The translations under genes and the position numbers were made by a program. Of a DNA stretch of 64,000 nt, positions 38,259 to 51,862 are shown in pieces. Source of the stretch: Carcharhinus amblyrhynchos. Lineage: Eukaryota. Each line of letters starts with the position of its first letter. Within the stretch, counting starts at the first letter, position 1. The notes beneath the pieces were generated by a model. The model was not told the origin of the DNA and ran no database searches. It worked only from the letters and a program-made list of their open reading frames with translations. The DNA lies in contig OZ336878.1 of assembly GCA_965287045.1 (NCBI GenBank), positions 83,514,001 to 83,578,000 of the forward strand, in the 5' to 3' direction.

Positions 38259-39378
38259 AAGTGAGGCCTTTTCAAAGTGAGGCCTTATATACCTCTTCAG
38301 GTGGACATAAAATATACCATGACACTATTTTGAAGTGCAGGGGCATTCTCCCTGGTGTCCTGGCCAATATTTATTCTTGAACCAACATCACTAAAAGATG
38401 ATTGTCTAATTTGTGGGAATTTGCTGTATAAAACTTCACTGTAGCTTTTGCCTACTTGACAGCAATGGCTGCATTTTATAAGTTGGGACATTGTGCAATT
38501 GTGAAAGGTGATATGGTTTCTTTTCTTCCTGATTAAAGTTAAGCTGCATATCTTGAGCACATAGATCAGGTTCTTCAATGTTTTATCTCTTGAGCTTGCA
38601 GAAGTACTGGTGTAGAACACTTGAAATTCCCTGGCTTATCTGCAGATTTGATATATGTTTACACAACCTCTTCAGTATTGCAACTGTGGCACTGACATGA
38701 GAGAGCACACCAACTCCTCCTTCTAGTAGCTCAGTTTCAAACCCGCATGCAGACTCCTTGCCATAGTCTAATGCCAGTTTCAAGGCTTCCAGCCTTACAC
38801 AGCTTTGTGATGAGATCTGTTATATTTAGCCATTGGGGGACTGAAAATGAAATATGAAACAATTCACCTCCTTTGCTTCATATTATTACACCCCTGCTAC
38901 TCTGGTGAATCATCAGTTTGAACTGTTTCATTTCCTGTATCAACCTTTGTGATGGGCATGTCCCTTATCTCTGGCAGTGTTGAACCGCTAGCCCATGGAA
39001 AGCTCCTTTGCTTATACCTTGAGGCAATATTTCAGGCAGTAGCCTGAATTCACATCTGTTAAACTGAGAAGTAGTTTCAACTTCCTGAAGCGCTGGGCAT
39101 TCTGTATGAACTCAGGTCAGCCTCAACATTTGTTGTGAGGCTTCCCACGGCTCCAATCTCAAATCATCAGTCTACAATTTATCAAAGATTGAACTTTCTT
39201 GGAATCCAAAGTTTACTTCATGGGAGAGGCTATTGATGACTTCAACTACTATACCATTTTATACATGGAGATGATAAATGATAATTCATCATTTTTTTTC
39301 AGCCTAGATCTTAAGCGAGGGAAAATATAAAGGATAAGTCAAACCTTTTCATGAATCTGACTGTGCTTCCATTCACAG

Positions 39379-39501
39379 ACCTTCATTTCTAATGAGGTCC
39401 TAAAGCTGTTTGGATTCAGTAAAGACCAAAACTACAAAACAGACTGGCAAAAAATGATGAAATTTGGTCGGAAGAAACGTGATCGAGTCGACCACATTCT
39501 A
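39379..39501 (+). CDS. CEP350: CEP350 penultimate coding exon
   Basis: ttcacag| acceptor, CTA|gtaagt donor; encodes TFISNEVLKLFGFSKDQNYKTDWQKMMKFGRKKRDRVDHIL; 41 codons. Confidence 0.95.
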
Positions 39502-40249
39502 GTAAGTTTTTCAGTTTAATTCAGTTTTATATAGTCCCATTGCATCATGATTATAAACACATGTCACCATACAATGAGTGCTGCTGTTATTTTAAATGGC
39601 ATAGGGTTTTGGCTATGCTTTCCTGCCTGGTTGTTTTGGTTTCACCAAGAAAAAACTTTAACTTTCAAACTGAATTGGAAACTTGGGACCCTTTCAGTAT
39701 TTCCCAGTGGTTACTAGTATGTAGCCACATAGCATTCATCACCTAGAAGGATAAAGGTAGCAGGTATATGAAAACACCATTACCAGGTCACACTCTGTCC
39801 TAATTTGGTTGTATATGATCTTTTTAGTTACTGTGGGAGAACCTTCAACACATGAACTGCAGTGCTTCAAGAAAAGACCTACCCAAGGATAAATGGGCAC
39901 AGGCAATATCTACCATTTCCACTCACATAGCCAACGCTTTTTTTTAGTGGCTGCTTAAATTGGCTAAAAATCAGATACCCTTCAGTTTTTTTCCTTTCTA
40001 CTTGGGGTCAAGCACTTCTGGATCATCCAGAGCACCCACTAGACACAGACTTAATCTCCCTATCCTCGGGCTCCAAAGAGCATCCCTGCTACAGCTGCAC
40101 AATCTTAACCCTTTCCTAACCCCTCTGAGTGACATTGCTGAACAGTTTGTATCCTAGGCCTGTCTATGATATCAGTTAGGCAGCAGGGAGCAAACAGCCG
40201 TATATCCAGCCTCATTGGCAGCTCATGCATATCCTAAATTCCAGAAGGG

Positions 40250-41125
40250 ACCCATCTGGTTGGAAAACTGAATGTGACTTCTCTATTCAAGAAAGCAGGG
40301 AAACAGGAAATTGATAATTACAGGCCAATTAACTTGACATCTGTCATAGGAAAATGCTAGAAGCTATTATTGAGAAAGTTATGGTGGGGCACATAATGCA
40401 ATCTGGCAGAGTCAACGTGGTTTTACAAACGGGAAAGCATGTTTGACTAATTTATTGGACTTTGAGGAAGTACAAAAGGCATGGATAAAAGAGACCCTGT
40501 ACTGTGTTCAGATTTCTAAATAGCATTTGACAAGGTACGAAAGGTACTATGCAAAATAAGAACTGATGAAGTTGGGAGAAATAGAGGATTGATTAGTGCA
40601 CAGAAAACAGAGCAGATGTAAACAGGTAATTTTTGCGTGGCAAGCTGTAACTAGTAGAGTGGCAGAGGGATATGTGCTGGATCTCAACTACTTACAATTT
40701 ATATCAATGACTTGGGTGAAGGGGTTAAATTTGCTGATGACACAGAGATAAGTGAGAAGTAAGTTGAGAAGAGGACACAAGGTGCCCGCAAAGGGATATA
40801 GCTAGGTTAAGTGACTGGTCAAAAATTTGGCAGATGAAGTATAAATGTGAACTTATCCACTTTGGCAGGGAGGATAGAAAAGCAGCATATTATTTAAGTG
40901 AAGAGAGATTGCTGAACAGTGAAATACAGGGGCATCAGGCTGTCCTACTATATGAATCACAAAAAGTAGTGTGCTGGGACAGCAAGTGATTAGGAAGATA
41001 AATGGAATTTTGTCACTTATTGCATGGGGAATTGAATATAAAAGTAAGGATGTTTTGCTGCATTTATATAAAGATTTGGTGAGACACATCTGGAGTATTG
41101 TGTATAGCTGTGGCCTCCTTAATTA
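40250..41125 (+). mobile_element. Old CR1 LINE RT fragment, sense orientation
   Basis: Degenerate NYRPINLTS, AFDKV, KFADDT, WQMKY, IHFGR, GIEYKSKDV motifs. Confidence 0.85.
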
Positions 41126-41302
41126 AGAAAGATTATGATGTTTTGTGCTGATATTCTGAATAACATGATATTTTTACCTCAGATTTTTTTGTATTTATTA
41201 CATGGCTTAATTGTGGTGACTGCAATTTTTTCTTGAGTTTTGCTCAGTATCACCTACTTTGGAAATTTCCAATGTATAAACACAACAGGAAGAGTAGACT
41301 TG

Positions 41303-41605
41303 ATGGTGGCACAGTGGTTAGCACTGCTGCCTCCCAACACCAGAGACCCGGGTTCGTTTCCTGGCTTGGGTCACTGTCTGTGCGGAGTCTGCATGTTTTC
41401 CCCATCTCTGTGTGGGTTTGCTTTGGGTGCTCCAGTTTCTTCCCATAGTCCAAAAAATGTGCAGGTTAGGTGCATTGATTATGCTAAATTCTCCCTCAGT
41501 GTACCTGAACAGGTGCCGGAGTATGGCAACTAGGGGATTTTCACAGTAATTTCACTGCAGTGTTAATGTAAGCCTACTCGTGACATTAATAGATAAACTA
41601 AACTA
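41303..41605 (+). mobile_element. HE1/V-type SINE, alternative-tail subtype
   Basis: ggtggcacagtggttagcactgctgcctc head with gggttcgtttcc B box; ...aagcctactcgtgacattaatagataaact tail. Confidence 0.85.
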
Positions 41606-43107
41606 AAAGCAGTTTGAAGGGCAGGTGGTGGAGTAGTAACCCAGACAGGGGACCTGAGTTCAAAATGCACTACGGCAGACAGTGCAATTTAAATTCAGTA
41701 AAAATCTAATGATGACCATGAAGTCATTATCAATTGTCATAAAAACCTATCTGGTTCACTAATGTGCTTCAGGGAAGGAAGTCTGCTGCCCTTACTTGTC
41801 TGGCCTATGTGTGACTTCAGATCCACAGCAACCCCTCTGAAATGGCCTGGCATGCTGTTCAATTCAATTAGGGATGGGCAATAAATGTTGGCCTACCGGA
41901 AACAGCATATCATGAAAACAGAAAATGGTGGAAAAATTCAGGTCTGGCAGCATTTGTGAGAGAGATGCAAAGTGAACGATTTGAGCCTATAAGACTCTTG
42001 TTCAGAGCCTGTGGGACTTGACAGGTTTGGATGCTGAGAGGATGAAAGAATAGAACTCATGGACACAGAAATGAGGGGTCTGCCATTTAAGGTAAAGATG
42101 AGAAGAATTTGTTGTTGATTGTCATGCGTTTTTGGAACTCTTCCCCAGAGAATGATGGAGCCATGGTCAATGAATATTTTTAAGGCAGAAGTAGATAAAG
42201 TTTTAACTAACAAGGGAGCCAAAGGTTATTGGAGGTAGGCAGAAATGTGAGGTTGAGGCCACCACCAGATCAGCCAGGATCTTATTGAATGGCGGAGCAG
42301 GCGCCAGGCCCCCTACCTCCTAATTCATATGTTTGTTCCAGTCCCCCATATTCCATAGAAACCCCCCTGTCCCTATTAATGGCATATATGGTATGCTGTA
42401 CAGGGATTTGAACAATCGTGATATTCCGAGATCCAGTATTTCAAAAATCATTCTGTTTTTAATCACTAATGGTTGTTTGAGAATTTGATGTGAATTGGAT
42501 AATATTGATTCAAAACCAATTTATTGATAGATTCAGCAGCAGTACTCCAGTTGACAGAGCGGTCCTGTCTGCATTCGGAATGCAACAGTTTGATTACTGG
42601 TACTCCTCAGCTCCAGTAGCCAGCTTGAACACTGAATGCATAATTCAGCCAAGCTCACCATCTCCTCCCTTCTGGTGACAATTCTCCTTAGTCTTGCATG
42701 CTGACAAAATATCTCCACTGATTATATTGCTAGCAGTCTTGATACTCTGTCTAGTGTCCTGAATAACCACACTGTTGGAATCAAATTCCGAAGAATGTTG
42801 GAACAGGATTAGACAAGCAGTCCCTGTGAACTTGTTCAGTCAGTCATGGGTAGTCAGTATCTTAATTCTACTGGACTTAATTCCATAACTTTCAATAGTT
42901 CTTTTACAGAACAGATATGTCAATCTTAGCTTTGAAATCTTAAATGAATCTCCAGTTTCAACAGCTTTCAAGGGAGAGAGTTCCAGATTTCCAGTATCTG
43001 ACATCACCCCTGAGCTGTCTAGTTCCAGATTGAATGTTCTGTCCCTGTTGGGGCCTTTCACATCAGCGCAAATAATTTCTCCTCTTATCATGTAATCATC
43101 ATGGTTA

Positions 43108-44250
43108 CTTCAATTTGATTTATTAGTGTCACATCTATTAACATAGAGTGAAAAATATTGTTTCTTGCATGCTGTACAGGCATAGAGAAGGAAAATGAGA
43201 GGGTGCAGAATGTAGTGTTACAGTCGTAGCTAGGGTGTAGAGGAAGATCAACTTAATGCAAGATAAGTCCATTCAAAAGTCTGACAGCAGCAGGGAAAAA
43301 GCTGTTCTTGAGTTGTTTGGTATGTGATCTCAGAATTTTGTACCTTTTTCTTAACAGAAGAAGATGGAAGAGAGAATGTCCGGGGTGCGTGGGATCCTTA
43401 ATTATGTTGGCTGCTTTGCCTAGGTAGCGGGAAGTGTAAACAGAGTCAGTGGATGGGAGGCTGGTTTGTGTGATGGATTGGGCTACGTTCACGACTTTTT
43501 GTAGTTTCTTGAGGTCTTGGGCAGAGCAGGAGTTATACCAAGCTATGGTACAACTAGCAAGAATGCTTTCTATGGTGCATCTGTAAAAGTTGATGAGAGT
43601 CATAGCAAACGTGGCGAATTTCTTTAGTCTTCTGAGAAAGTAGAGGCATTGGTGGGCTTTCTCAACTATAGTGTCAGCATGCGGGGACCAGGACAGCTTC
43701 TTGGTCATCCGGACACCTAAAAACTTGAAGCTCTTGACCCTTTTTATTTCGTCCCCGCTGATGTAGACAGGGGCATGTTCTCCTTTATGCTTCCTGAAGT
43801 CGATAACAATCTCCTTCGTTTTGTTGACATTGAGGGAGAGATTATTGTTGCTGCACCAGTTCACCAGATTCTCTCTCTCATTCCTGTACTCTGTCTCACC
43901 ATTGTTTGCGATCCGACCCACTACAGTGTTGTCATCAGCAAACTTGAAAATCGAATTGGAGAATTTGGCCACACAGTCATAGGTGTGTAAGGAGTATTGT
44001 AGGAGGCTGAGAACACAGCCTTGTGGGTCATCGGTGTTGAGGATGATTATGGAGGAGGTGTTGTTGCCTGTCCTCATTGATTGTGGTCTGTGAGTTAGGA
44101 AGTTCAGGATCCAGTTGCAGAGGGAGGTGCCAAGGCCCAGGCCATGGAGTTTGGAGATGAGTTTTGTGGGAATAATAGTGTTGAAGGCTGAGCTGTAGTG
44201 AATAAATAGGAGTCTGGTATAGGTTCTCGTTATCTAGATGTTCCAGGGTT
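43108..44250 (-). mobile_element. Rex1/Babar-type LINE, 5'-truncated
   Basis: ORF 43253..44077 PQGCVLS...YSLHTYDC...FKFADD...[15 protein letters not shown]...SFKFLGV...[10 protein letters not shown]...[13 protein letters not shown]. Confidence 0.92.
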
Positions 44251-44282
44251 GTTTACCCCTTAATCTTCTTTCCTCAAGAGAA

Positions 44283-44540
44283 TGTGGCACAGTGGCTAGC
44301 ACTGCTGTCTCATAACATCAGGTTCCCAGTGACTGTATGGATTTACTCCGGGTGCTCCAGTTTTCTCCCACAATCCAAAGGTGTGCAGGTAACGTGGATT
44401 TACTATGCTGAATTTCCTCTTAGTGTCCATAGGTGTGTATGTTGGATGGATCAGCAGTGATAGCTATGGAGATAGGGGGGTCTGGCAGACTCAATGGACT
44501 GAATGGCCTCCTCCTGTAACGTAAGGGTTTGTGGGTTCTA
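44283..44540 (+). mobile_element. HE1-type SINE (CR1-type tail); further copies at ~47-170, ~9945-10080, ~14090-14255, ~49265-49580, ~50650-50940 (all -)
   Basis: gtggcacagtggctagcactgctg head, ccgggtgctccag core, gactcaatggactgaatggcctcct tail. Confidence 0.75.
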
Positions 44541-44826
44541 TAGAATGCAAGCCTAGTTGATGTAATGAAACATAAATACTCATCATTTATGTACCTGGTG
44601 TTCAGAACCTAACCGTTGTCAACCTGGGCAAGAATGACTGGTTTCACGATGAACTCACCACGGACACTGCCCAAGGTGTTCCTGCTGTTTGGAGAATGGC
44701 ATATATGTAATACTGTACAAGAGAAATGGAAGCCCAGAAATTGTAATGAAACAGTTAGAGAAAATACCTGCACCAGATAGTATTTTATAAAAAAACCAAC
44801 CATTTCTTCTGTTTGTGTTTTTGCAG

Positions 44827-44991
44827 GTACAGGAGCTTCATGAGGAAGAAGCCCAATGGGTGAATTATGACGAGGATGAGCTTTGTGTGAAGATGCAATT
44901 GGCAGATGGGATTTTTGATGCCCTGATAAAAGACACAATAAACGTACTAAATCAGATTCAGGGGAAACAGTCAAGACTCACTTTATCCTAA
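44827..44991 (+). CDS. CEP350: CEP350 last coding exon (C-terminal region, FOP/CEP43-binding in mammals) with stop codon
   Basis: ttttgcag| acceptor; encodes VQELHEEEAQWVNYDEDELCVKMQLADGIFDALIKDTINVLNQIQGKQSRLTLS* (TAA 44989-44991). Confidence 0.96.
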   Translation, partial: VQELHEEEAQWVNYDEDELCVKMQLADGIFDALIKDTINVLNQIQGKQSRLTLS

Positions 44992-47900
44992 CATGGCCAT
45001 GCCATCGCCCGACTCATAGGCTACAGAAAGGAGGCCGAACCTTTACCTGCTTGGGTAAGAGATTGACGAGCTGACAGGAGTCAACCTTCAGCCCTTGAAC
45101 CCATCCCACTGATTGGGCTACGACATCTGGCATCGTGTTTCGTCAATGTGTAGATGGTTTGGGATATCGATCCTGCTCAAGAGTCGGTCGACAGGCAACA
45201 TGTGGATACCAGAAGTGCCAATTTTTCTCCCCTCCTATTTATATACACCCATGTCCCATTTATTTATCCAAACTGTAGCATAGACTTAAATTCAGAGAAG
45301 TTTGCACATTCACTTTTTTTTCTTGCATATGCCTATGTTTACCATTTTAGAAATGTATCTGTGTATCTTGAGGTGCTTTAGTCTCTGTGTGTGTTGTATG
45401 CTAGCTCTGAGAGTTGATGATAACAATGGCCGATATCATACATTGAGTGAGCACTACCTCCAAACCAGGAGTATATTTGCATGATTGAAGTGACGGACAA
45501 AAACAGTGAGATAGAAAAGTGCTTCTTACTTCATTACTCGAACTCTTGATTTTAATTTTTGGTTTTAAGTTATTATCAAAAGAGGAAATTTGCTTCTAAT
45601 TCAATGAAGTGGCCTCTGTTGTTGACGTTCATTCTTGGGAAATGTTGCATACTTTGAGTGACTTTGAAGGTTACTTGAGTTGATTCGGAATGACTTGCTT
45701 AAAAAAAAATGATAATTCAAGTCACAACACCCTGGTTTCTTGAAGTTGATCAGTGCAGTGCCCGTATTCTTTGTGTTCATCTCTACTCTGTTTACCAATG
45801 GTAAAAGTATGCATTTGAAGGCAAATCCCTGGGATGTTTGTCCATGTAAAGGGTTCTGACAAGAAGCCATGTAGTGATAACCAATCTACATTTGCAAGAC
45901 TGTTTCTCTCAGATGTACTATTCCCCCATCGCCCATCAGTTTTACTGGGCGCTGTTCCTATCCAAGTGTATGTGTCCTAATGTTCTGCAGGTACCTCCAA
46001 TCAGGTTCTTTCTCCTCACTACTTGTACCAGCTCCTAGGACCTCCTTCAGACAGTAATGAATGTGGTTGGAAGTTTCAAGTCATTAAAAATTTTGAGAAG
46101 TTAGATCTCCAATTGTCTTCCCTAAGGCATTTGCCCAACCTAACCACCTAATACTCCCTTCACTGAGATTAGCCACTGGCATTCTTCTGATTCAGAATGT
46201 GGGTATTAGTGGAAAGCAGAGGTGGATTATTTTTCATGTTACCAAATTTGTTTTTGTTTGCAGATTACATCATTGTACAGTTATGAGAGGGTGTGAGGCA
46301 AATTATTATTTGTTCTTTCGGCCTGGCTTGTAATTGATTTTGAGTTTTGGCTTTCCAATAAGTGAAGATGATCTCTCTCTGCTTGACACAGGGCACAAGA
46401 TGGTTGTTGATGCCAATTACAATGTATGGTTTTTGCTGTTTCTTACTGAGGTAATCGTGGCATTTCTCAGCCACTCACTGCAGTAAATGTCATTTATATG
46501 AGTCCTGACTGATTTTTTTCCCCCCATCTTATTCATAATTCTGGAGTGGAAGGCTTCCCTTGAACAGTTATGATGCAGCAGCTCGCCACATGGGGAATCG
46601 AACCAGAAACTCCAGCTCAGTGGATTGCTTTCAGGTGCTTCACTCACTGGAGGATGGTAATGATTTTAACCTGCTGCTACATTGTACACATTATCTTAGT
46701 TTTTGTGCAAAGTAAATTTGTCTGTGACTATCTCATTTGTCAGACTTGGGACATTGTTGAGAAAATGCCTTTTGCTTCTGTCCCCCTCTCCATATCCACT
46801 GACTGGTTATAGATCACTGGCAATCAACATGCAGAAGAATGAAAACACAGCAATAGGTGATATTTTCAGCTGTAAATTGGAGTGTTTACTGGAGGAGTAG
46901 GGCTTCTTTGTAAATGGGGAATACACAAGGTAAAGGAGCATCATTTTCCCTTGAGCAACTGGAAGTGACTTTGTAAATTGGGAAGAAGTTTCTCAGAGGT
47001 ATATCTTCAGCACTGAGTGATTAATATGTGGGCTTTTACTCTATGCCAGTGTATTTAAAGCCCTAAAGCCTCAGTGAAAGATATCTGCTGAACAGAAGGA
47101 GGCTTCTCCATTGATGCAACGCATTCACAAGACAGTTCTCTTGTGGATAGCGAATGCATAAACCCCTTTAGCTATGCTGCTACTTAGCAAGCAGGCTATT
47201 TCTCTTTCCCTGTTTCTTGGTCCTCCCTTCTGTTCATTGTAAAGTATTAGCCAGGTATTTATTTGCTGGACTAATGTGGCCAACCTCAGACCATTGCCTT
47301 ATCCCACATTGACTACAATATTGGTAGGTGGTCAAGAATTACGAAGTTCACAATCAGACTGTGTTGGACTGAAGGCTTTTTCAGCGTGATTCAAGAGGAG
47401 AACACGTCTCACTTACCCTCTTGTGATTCGCAGTGTACCAAAGGAGCTGGGGGTTGCACTGCAGGCTGCTTCCTGCCACTATGCAGGGAATCCTACCATC
47501 ACATACTGATGGGACAGCACAGAATGCTGGCTTTGGCACACTGTCCCTTTAGAATACAGGGCAAAACAAACTGCAGCATCTAAGCCAAGCACTGACAAAT
47601 ACAACTTGTTTGATAGTTAGTATTCTAATCCTCAGCCTGTTCAGGGATGTTCTGACCAGTTTATCCATAGGGCTTGAGTTTAAAATGGTTGCCTTAGTTA
47701 CTTATATACTTGAGAAAGCCAGTACTGTGTGTTGTTCAGCACTAGTACTCGGCTGTTCGACAACACAGAAAAGATAATGAAACCTATTTATTAAGAACTT
47801 GAAGTTCAAATGCTGCTGTGCTCAGTGCTGTAGTGGACTGGTCTCCCCATTACATTATGCTCAATATTCTGGGTAGACGAATACAAGGAGACTTGCCTGT

Positions 47901-48180
47901 GTACTGTACAGTGCAGAGCTACACAGAGGAATACTTGACTGTGTACTTTGTATGGTGTGTGTGTGGGTGCGTGTGTGTGTGTAAATACTGGCTGAGCATT
48001 CCTATATGAGGCAATTCCTTTCCCTTTTGTAATTTTTAGGGAAGCGGCAATGTGTGTAGTTTGGAAATGTAAAATAATGGGTTTTTCCTCTGTATACATA
48101 TCTGTATATATATTTGATAACAAATTGACTTATTAATACTTAAGAATTTTGTAAATAAACCTTTAATGATTTATAAGTGG
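44992..48180 (+). other. CEP350: Probable CEP350 3' UTR (~3.2 kb)
   Basis: No recognisable TE in this stretch, unlike its surroundings; AT-rich end with a polyadenylation signal; 3' end inferred. Confidence 0.7.
48154..48159 (+). terminator. Polyadenylation signal AATAAA
   Basis: AATAAA preceded by TGTA motifs and followed ~20-45 nt later by a T/GT-rich element (tttcagtttgttttgattcttttt). Confidence 0.7.
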
Positions 48181-49759
48181 CTTTCAGTTTGTTTTGATTC
48201 TTTTACACTGCTATGTGAAGTTGGGGAATTTCTTCACCAGTTTGGGTTATAAGTTACATCTTTTGACCAGAGTACTTTCCTGGTTCTGAATTCTGCCTCG
48301 CTATGTTGGATTTTGGTTGCGAAACTGCCAGGTTCCTGTGTAGTCAAAAGTGGGTGTTCTTGCTTAACAAGACTCCAGTGAAAGTTCATGTCCTCTTATT
48401 GCAGTCAGCATTCTAAAGCCCCTCACATTATAAGTTGCTATTCTGTCGATGTTATGTACACGAATATGTTAATGAATTCTGTTGAACAGATTAAATTGGT
48501 CTTTACTTCAAAATTAGGAAGGATTTGCGGTGTACAGAAACAAATCAAAAAAAATCTTACACCATCTTCCACAACTTCAGAACCAAGTGCTTTCCAACCA
48601 CTGAAGTACATTTGAAGTGTAGTCGTCATTGTCATGTAGGAAACACAGAAGCAGGTTTGCGTAAAAAGCAAGACTCTCTCATTGCAATGTGATAAATGAC
48701 CAAATAATGCAACATGATATGGGTTTTAGCATTTACTACTGGCCAGGGCACTGGGGAGAACTCCTTTGCTACTCTTTAAATTGTGCTATGGGATCTTTTG
48801 CATCCACCTGAGTGGGCAGTTTAATGCCTCATTGAAAACTCAGTGCTCAGTGACAAATCCAAGTAAAGCCAAGGGAACAGAGAGGGGGTTCCCTTAGGCA
48901 CCCAGGAAATGATGAGGTCATTTGGTCCATGATGCCAGTGCTGGCATGTTGAAAGAATTAACCAATTAATCCCACCTTCTCTATAACTCTTTAATTCTTT
49001 ATTCTTTACTTTTTGAAAGTTACTGTTGAAAGTGCTTTTACAACCCATTTAGACATTGCATCCCAGATCATAACTTTCCGCATAAAATCTTAACTTGTTT
49101 TCAATCCATTGATAATCTGTGTGCTCTGAATTAGTGTGAGAATCTGTGCACTTTGAATTAGTGTGAATCTGTGTGCTTTTGTGTCACCCTGCTGCTGAAC
49201 CTTCTGGAATGACATGTTTCTTCACTGCTGAACTGTTATCTTAAACCTTCACTACATTTCATACCATAGAACCTCCTACAGTGGAAGGAGGCCATTGAAT
49301 CTGCACCAACTCTCTGAAAGAGTATCTTAACCAGGCACACTTTATCCTGCAATCCTACACGTTTAGCATTGCTAATCCACCTAACCTACACATCGTGGGA
49401 TACAAAGAGGCAATTTAGAATGGCCAATCCACCAAACCTGCACATCTTGAGACTGTGGAAGGAAACCAGAACACTTGAGGACAGACACTGGGAGATTGTG
49501 CAAACTCCATACATCATCCAAGGCTGGAATTGAACCCGGATCCCTGGTGCTGTAAGACAACAGTGCTAACCACAGTGCTATTATTTTCCCTTCATTAGCA
49601 TAGATGGTATATTCTATTGTGGCTAAGTCTAATTGCAGTCTTGTATGACTTTCCACATGGCAGACATGGGTCAATTATTTTGGGGCTGCTCCGGTCTTTC
49701 TTGCTTGCTTTGTGTCCCTAACTGCTTGTGTTTGCTTTGCAAATGAAGCACCACCACTA

Positions 49760-50145
49760 CGTGAGATTGCTGCCCAGGTAGCTTGTTCTTGTGTATTTTT
49801 TTTCCCCAGTCTGATTGACAGGTCCATTTTCTGAGGTTTGTCTTCAAGGAGTCCTTGAATGTTGGTCTTGGCTCAGCTCACAGGCCCAGTCCAAGTTTAA
49901 GTTCTGAATATATGACCACTTTCAGGATTTTATCATCAGTCATATAGCATGTCCATTTCATCTGAGTTGGAGTCCAATGAAGAGTGCTTCAATTCCTGAC
50001 ATTTCTGATCTTTGAACTGCCTCCCTGTTGATGCTGATGATGATCTGAATGCATCTTGTGTGGCGCCTGTCCAGCTGCTTAATATGTCTGCAGTAGGGAG
50101 TCCATACTCAGGCGTGTAGGAAAATAGTTACCACAACTTTGTACA
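49760..50145 (-). mobile_element. RTE-clade LINE 3' fragment
   Basis: Minus strand has a degenerate, frameshifted version of the RTE C-terminal motif QLRWxGHVxRM...LPK..LYGEL (caactcagatg...ggacatgctata...aaaatcctgaaagtggtcatatattcagaacttaaa). Confidence 0.6.
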
Positions 50146-50149
50146 CACA

Positions 50150-50620
50150 TGAACATACAAATTAGGAACAGGAATAGGCTCTTTGAGCCTGCTGCATTCT
50201 GATTGTAATCTCAGCCCCACATTCCTGTCCACTTTCCCACCCTTTCACTCCATGTTAATCGAGAATCGATCTAGTTCTGCCTTAGAACCGTTCAAAGATT
50301 CTGCTTCCACTGCCTTTCCAGGAAGAGAGTTCCAGAAACTTCCAACCCTCAGAAAAAAATCTTTTGTTTCTGTTTTAAATGGGCAATCCCTTATTTTTAA
50401 AGTGACCTCTAATTCTAGATTCTCCCATGTTTGTCCTGTTAAGACCCCTCAGCATCTTGTATGTTTCAATCAAATTGTCTCTTATTCTTAACTTAAGATG
50501 ATGTAAGACTAGCCTGTCTGAGCTTTCCTCGTAAGAAAACCTCCCCATTCCTGTATTAGTCTAGTCAACCTCTCTGAACTGTTCCCAACATATTCACATC
50601 TTAAGGAATTTATTATTCCT
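50150..50620 (-). mobile_element. Old CR1 3' fragment
   Basis: catacaaattaggaacaggaataggc tail and agagagttccaga segment. Confidence 0.7.
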
Positions 50621-51019
50621 TAAATACAGGGATCCCATAATTCTATGAATGCTACACACAGAATAGAATCCCATTCACCCCATCGAGCATCCACTGAAAC
50701 AATCCCAACCAGGGCCTATACTTGTAACCCTATGTATTTACCCAACTAATTCCCTTGACATGGGAAATTTACATGGCCAAACTAACCCACACATCCTTGG
50801 ACTGTGGGAGGAAACTGGAGCTCCTGGAGGAAGCCTATGTAGACACGGGGAGAACATGCAAACTCCACACACACATCCAAGGCTGGAATTTGAACCTGGG
50901 TCCCTGGCACTGAGGTAGCAGTGCTAACCACTCTGCCATTGTGCTGCAGTAGCTCCAGATGTGGTCTCACTGGAGCCTTGTACAAGAAATACAGGGATTC
51001 TATGAATACAAATACTATA

Positions 51020-51275
51020 AATACAGCCAGCATAATCAAGTACCCGACACACACTGAACATACACTCTTCCACCTTCTTTCCTTGGGAAAAAGATACATG
51101 TATATAAAAATTATGTACCAACTGACTCAAAGAACAGATTCTCCCCTGCTGCGATCAGACTTTTGAATGGACCTACTTTGCATTAAGTTGACCTACCTGT
51201 GTTCTGCACTCTCCTTTGTACAGTATACTTTGTAGTGTGCAAGAAACTTCTATATACTACCGCAATAATAAATAA
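51020..51275 (+). mobile_element. Rex1/Babar 3' fragment, followed by a Penelope pLTR end (~51310-51445)
   Basis: TASIIKYPTHTEHTLFHLLSLGKRY; then aataaacctgttggactttaa...gtccaacacc...ccacatcat. Confidence 0.7.
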
Positions 51276-51849
51276 AAATGTAACCTCTCTTGGTGAAGTC
51301 TGTCTTCATAATCAGCAAGCGATGAAGGAGCTTGAGACTTCGGGAAGCGAGTGCTGCCAAATAAACCTGTTGGACTTTAATCTGGTCTTGTGCGACTTCT
51401 TACTGTGCTTACCGCAGTCCAACACCGTTATCACCACATCATGGCTACCATTCACACACACATCCATCATTATAATAATGCCTAAATCACAATTGCCTAA
51501 AGTTCAAAAATTTGATTTACGAAGGTTTTCCCTTCCGAAGGTGAACGCCATCCTTCTCTTAGGATGTCTATCGGTGCCCCGCGTTAATGGATTAACAATA
51601 CTATTCCACTGGAGTAAATCATTGACCAGATGTTGAGATTAGGGGGAGTCTTAAAGAGCCGAGCTTCAGACGAGAGACTTGCAATTTCCTTGTTGGGCTG
51701 ATATTGAGGTGCAAAGTGTCACAATGCAGACATTGACGCGGAAGAAACGAACAATTAGTCCCCTTGGCCCAGGCCAACCTCCATGTAGACAACTCTTAAA
51801 CGTGGGAGGAGGGGCCTTTAGACACTTCATCCAGTTTCTCCAACTGACA

Positions 51850-51862
51850 ATGAGCAAATCGG
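51850..51862 (+). CDS. Probable first coding exon of an RGSL1/RGS22-like gene (MSKS-G)
   Basis: acaATGAGCAAATCGG|gtaagt: ATG with A at -3 and a consensus donor; phase 1 joins in frame to exon 55805; an upstream in-frame ATG exists at 51724. Confidence 0.62.

Noticed and set aside
36505-38259. Domesticated or autonomous reverse transcriptase gene
   Set aside because: 5'-truncated CR1 with no endonuclease domain or ORF1; near-identical truncated siblings lie nearby
38256-38286. Short direct repeat tcaaagtgaggcctt at the CR1 5' end as a TSD
   Set aside because: Both copies are on the same side of the element, so it is a local tandem duplication rather than a TSD
41303-41375. tRNA genes
   Set aside because: A/B-box heads continue into SINE cores and tails with no intact cloverleaf; the same holds for the other copies
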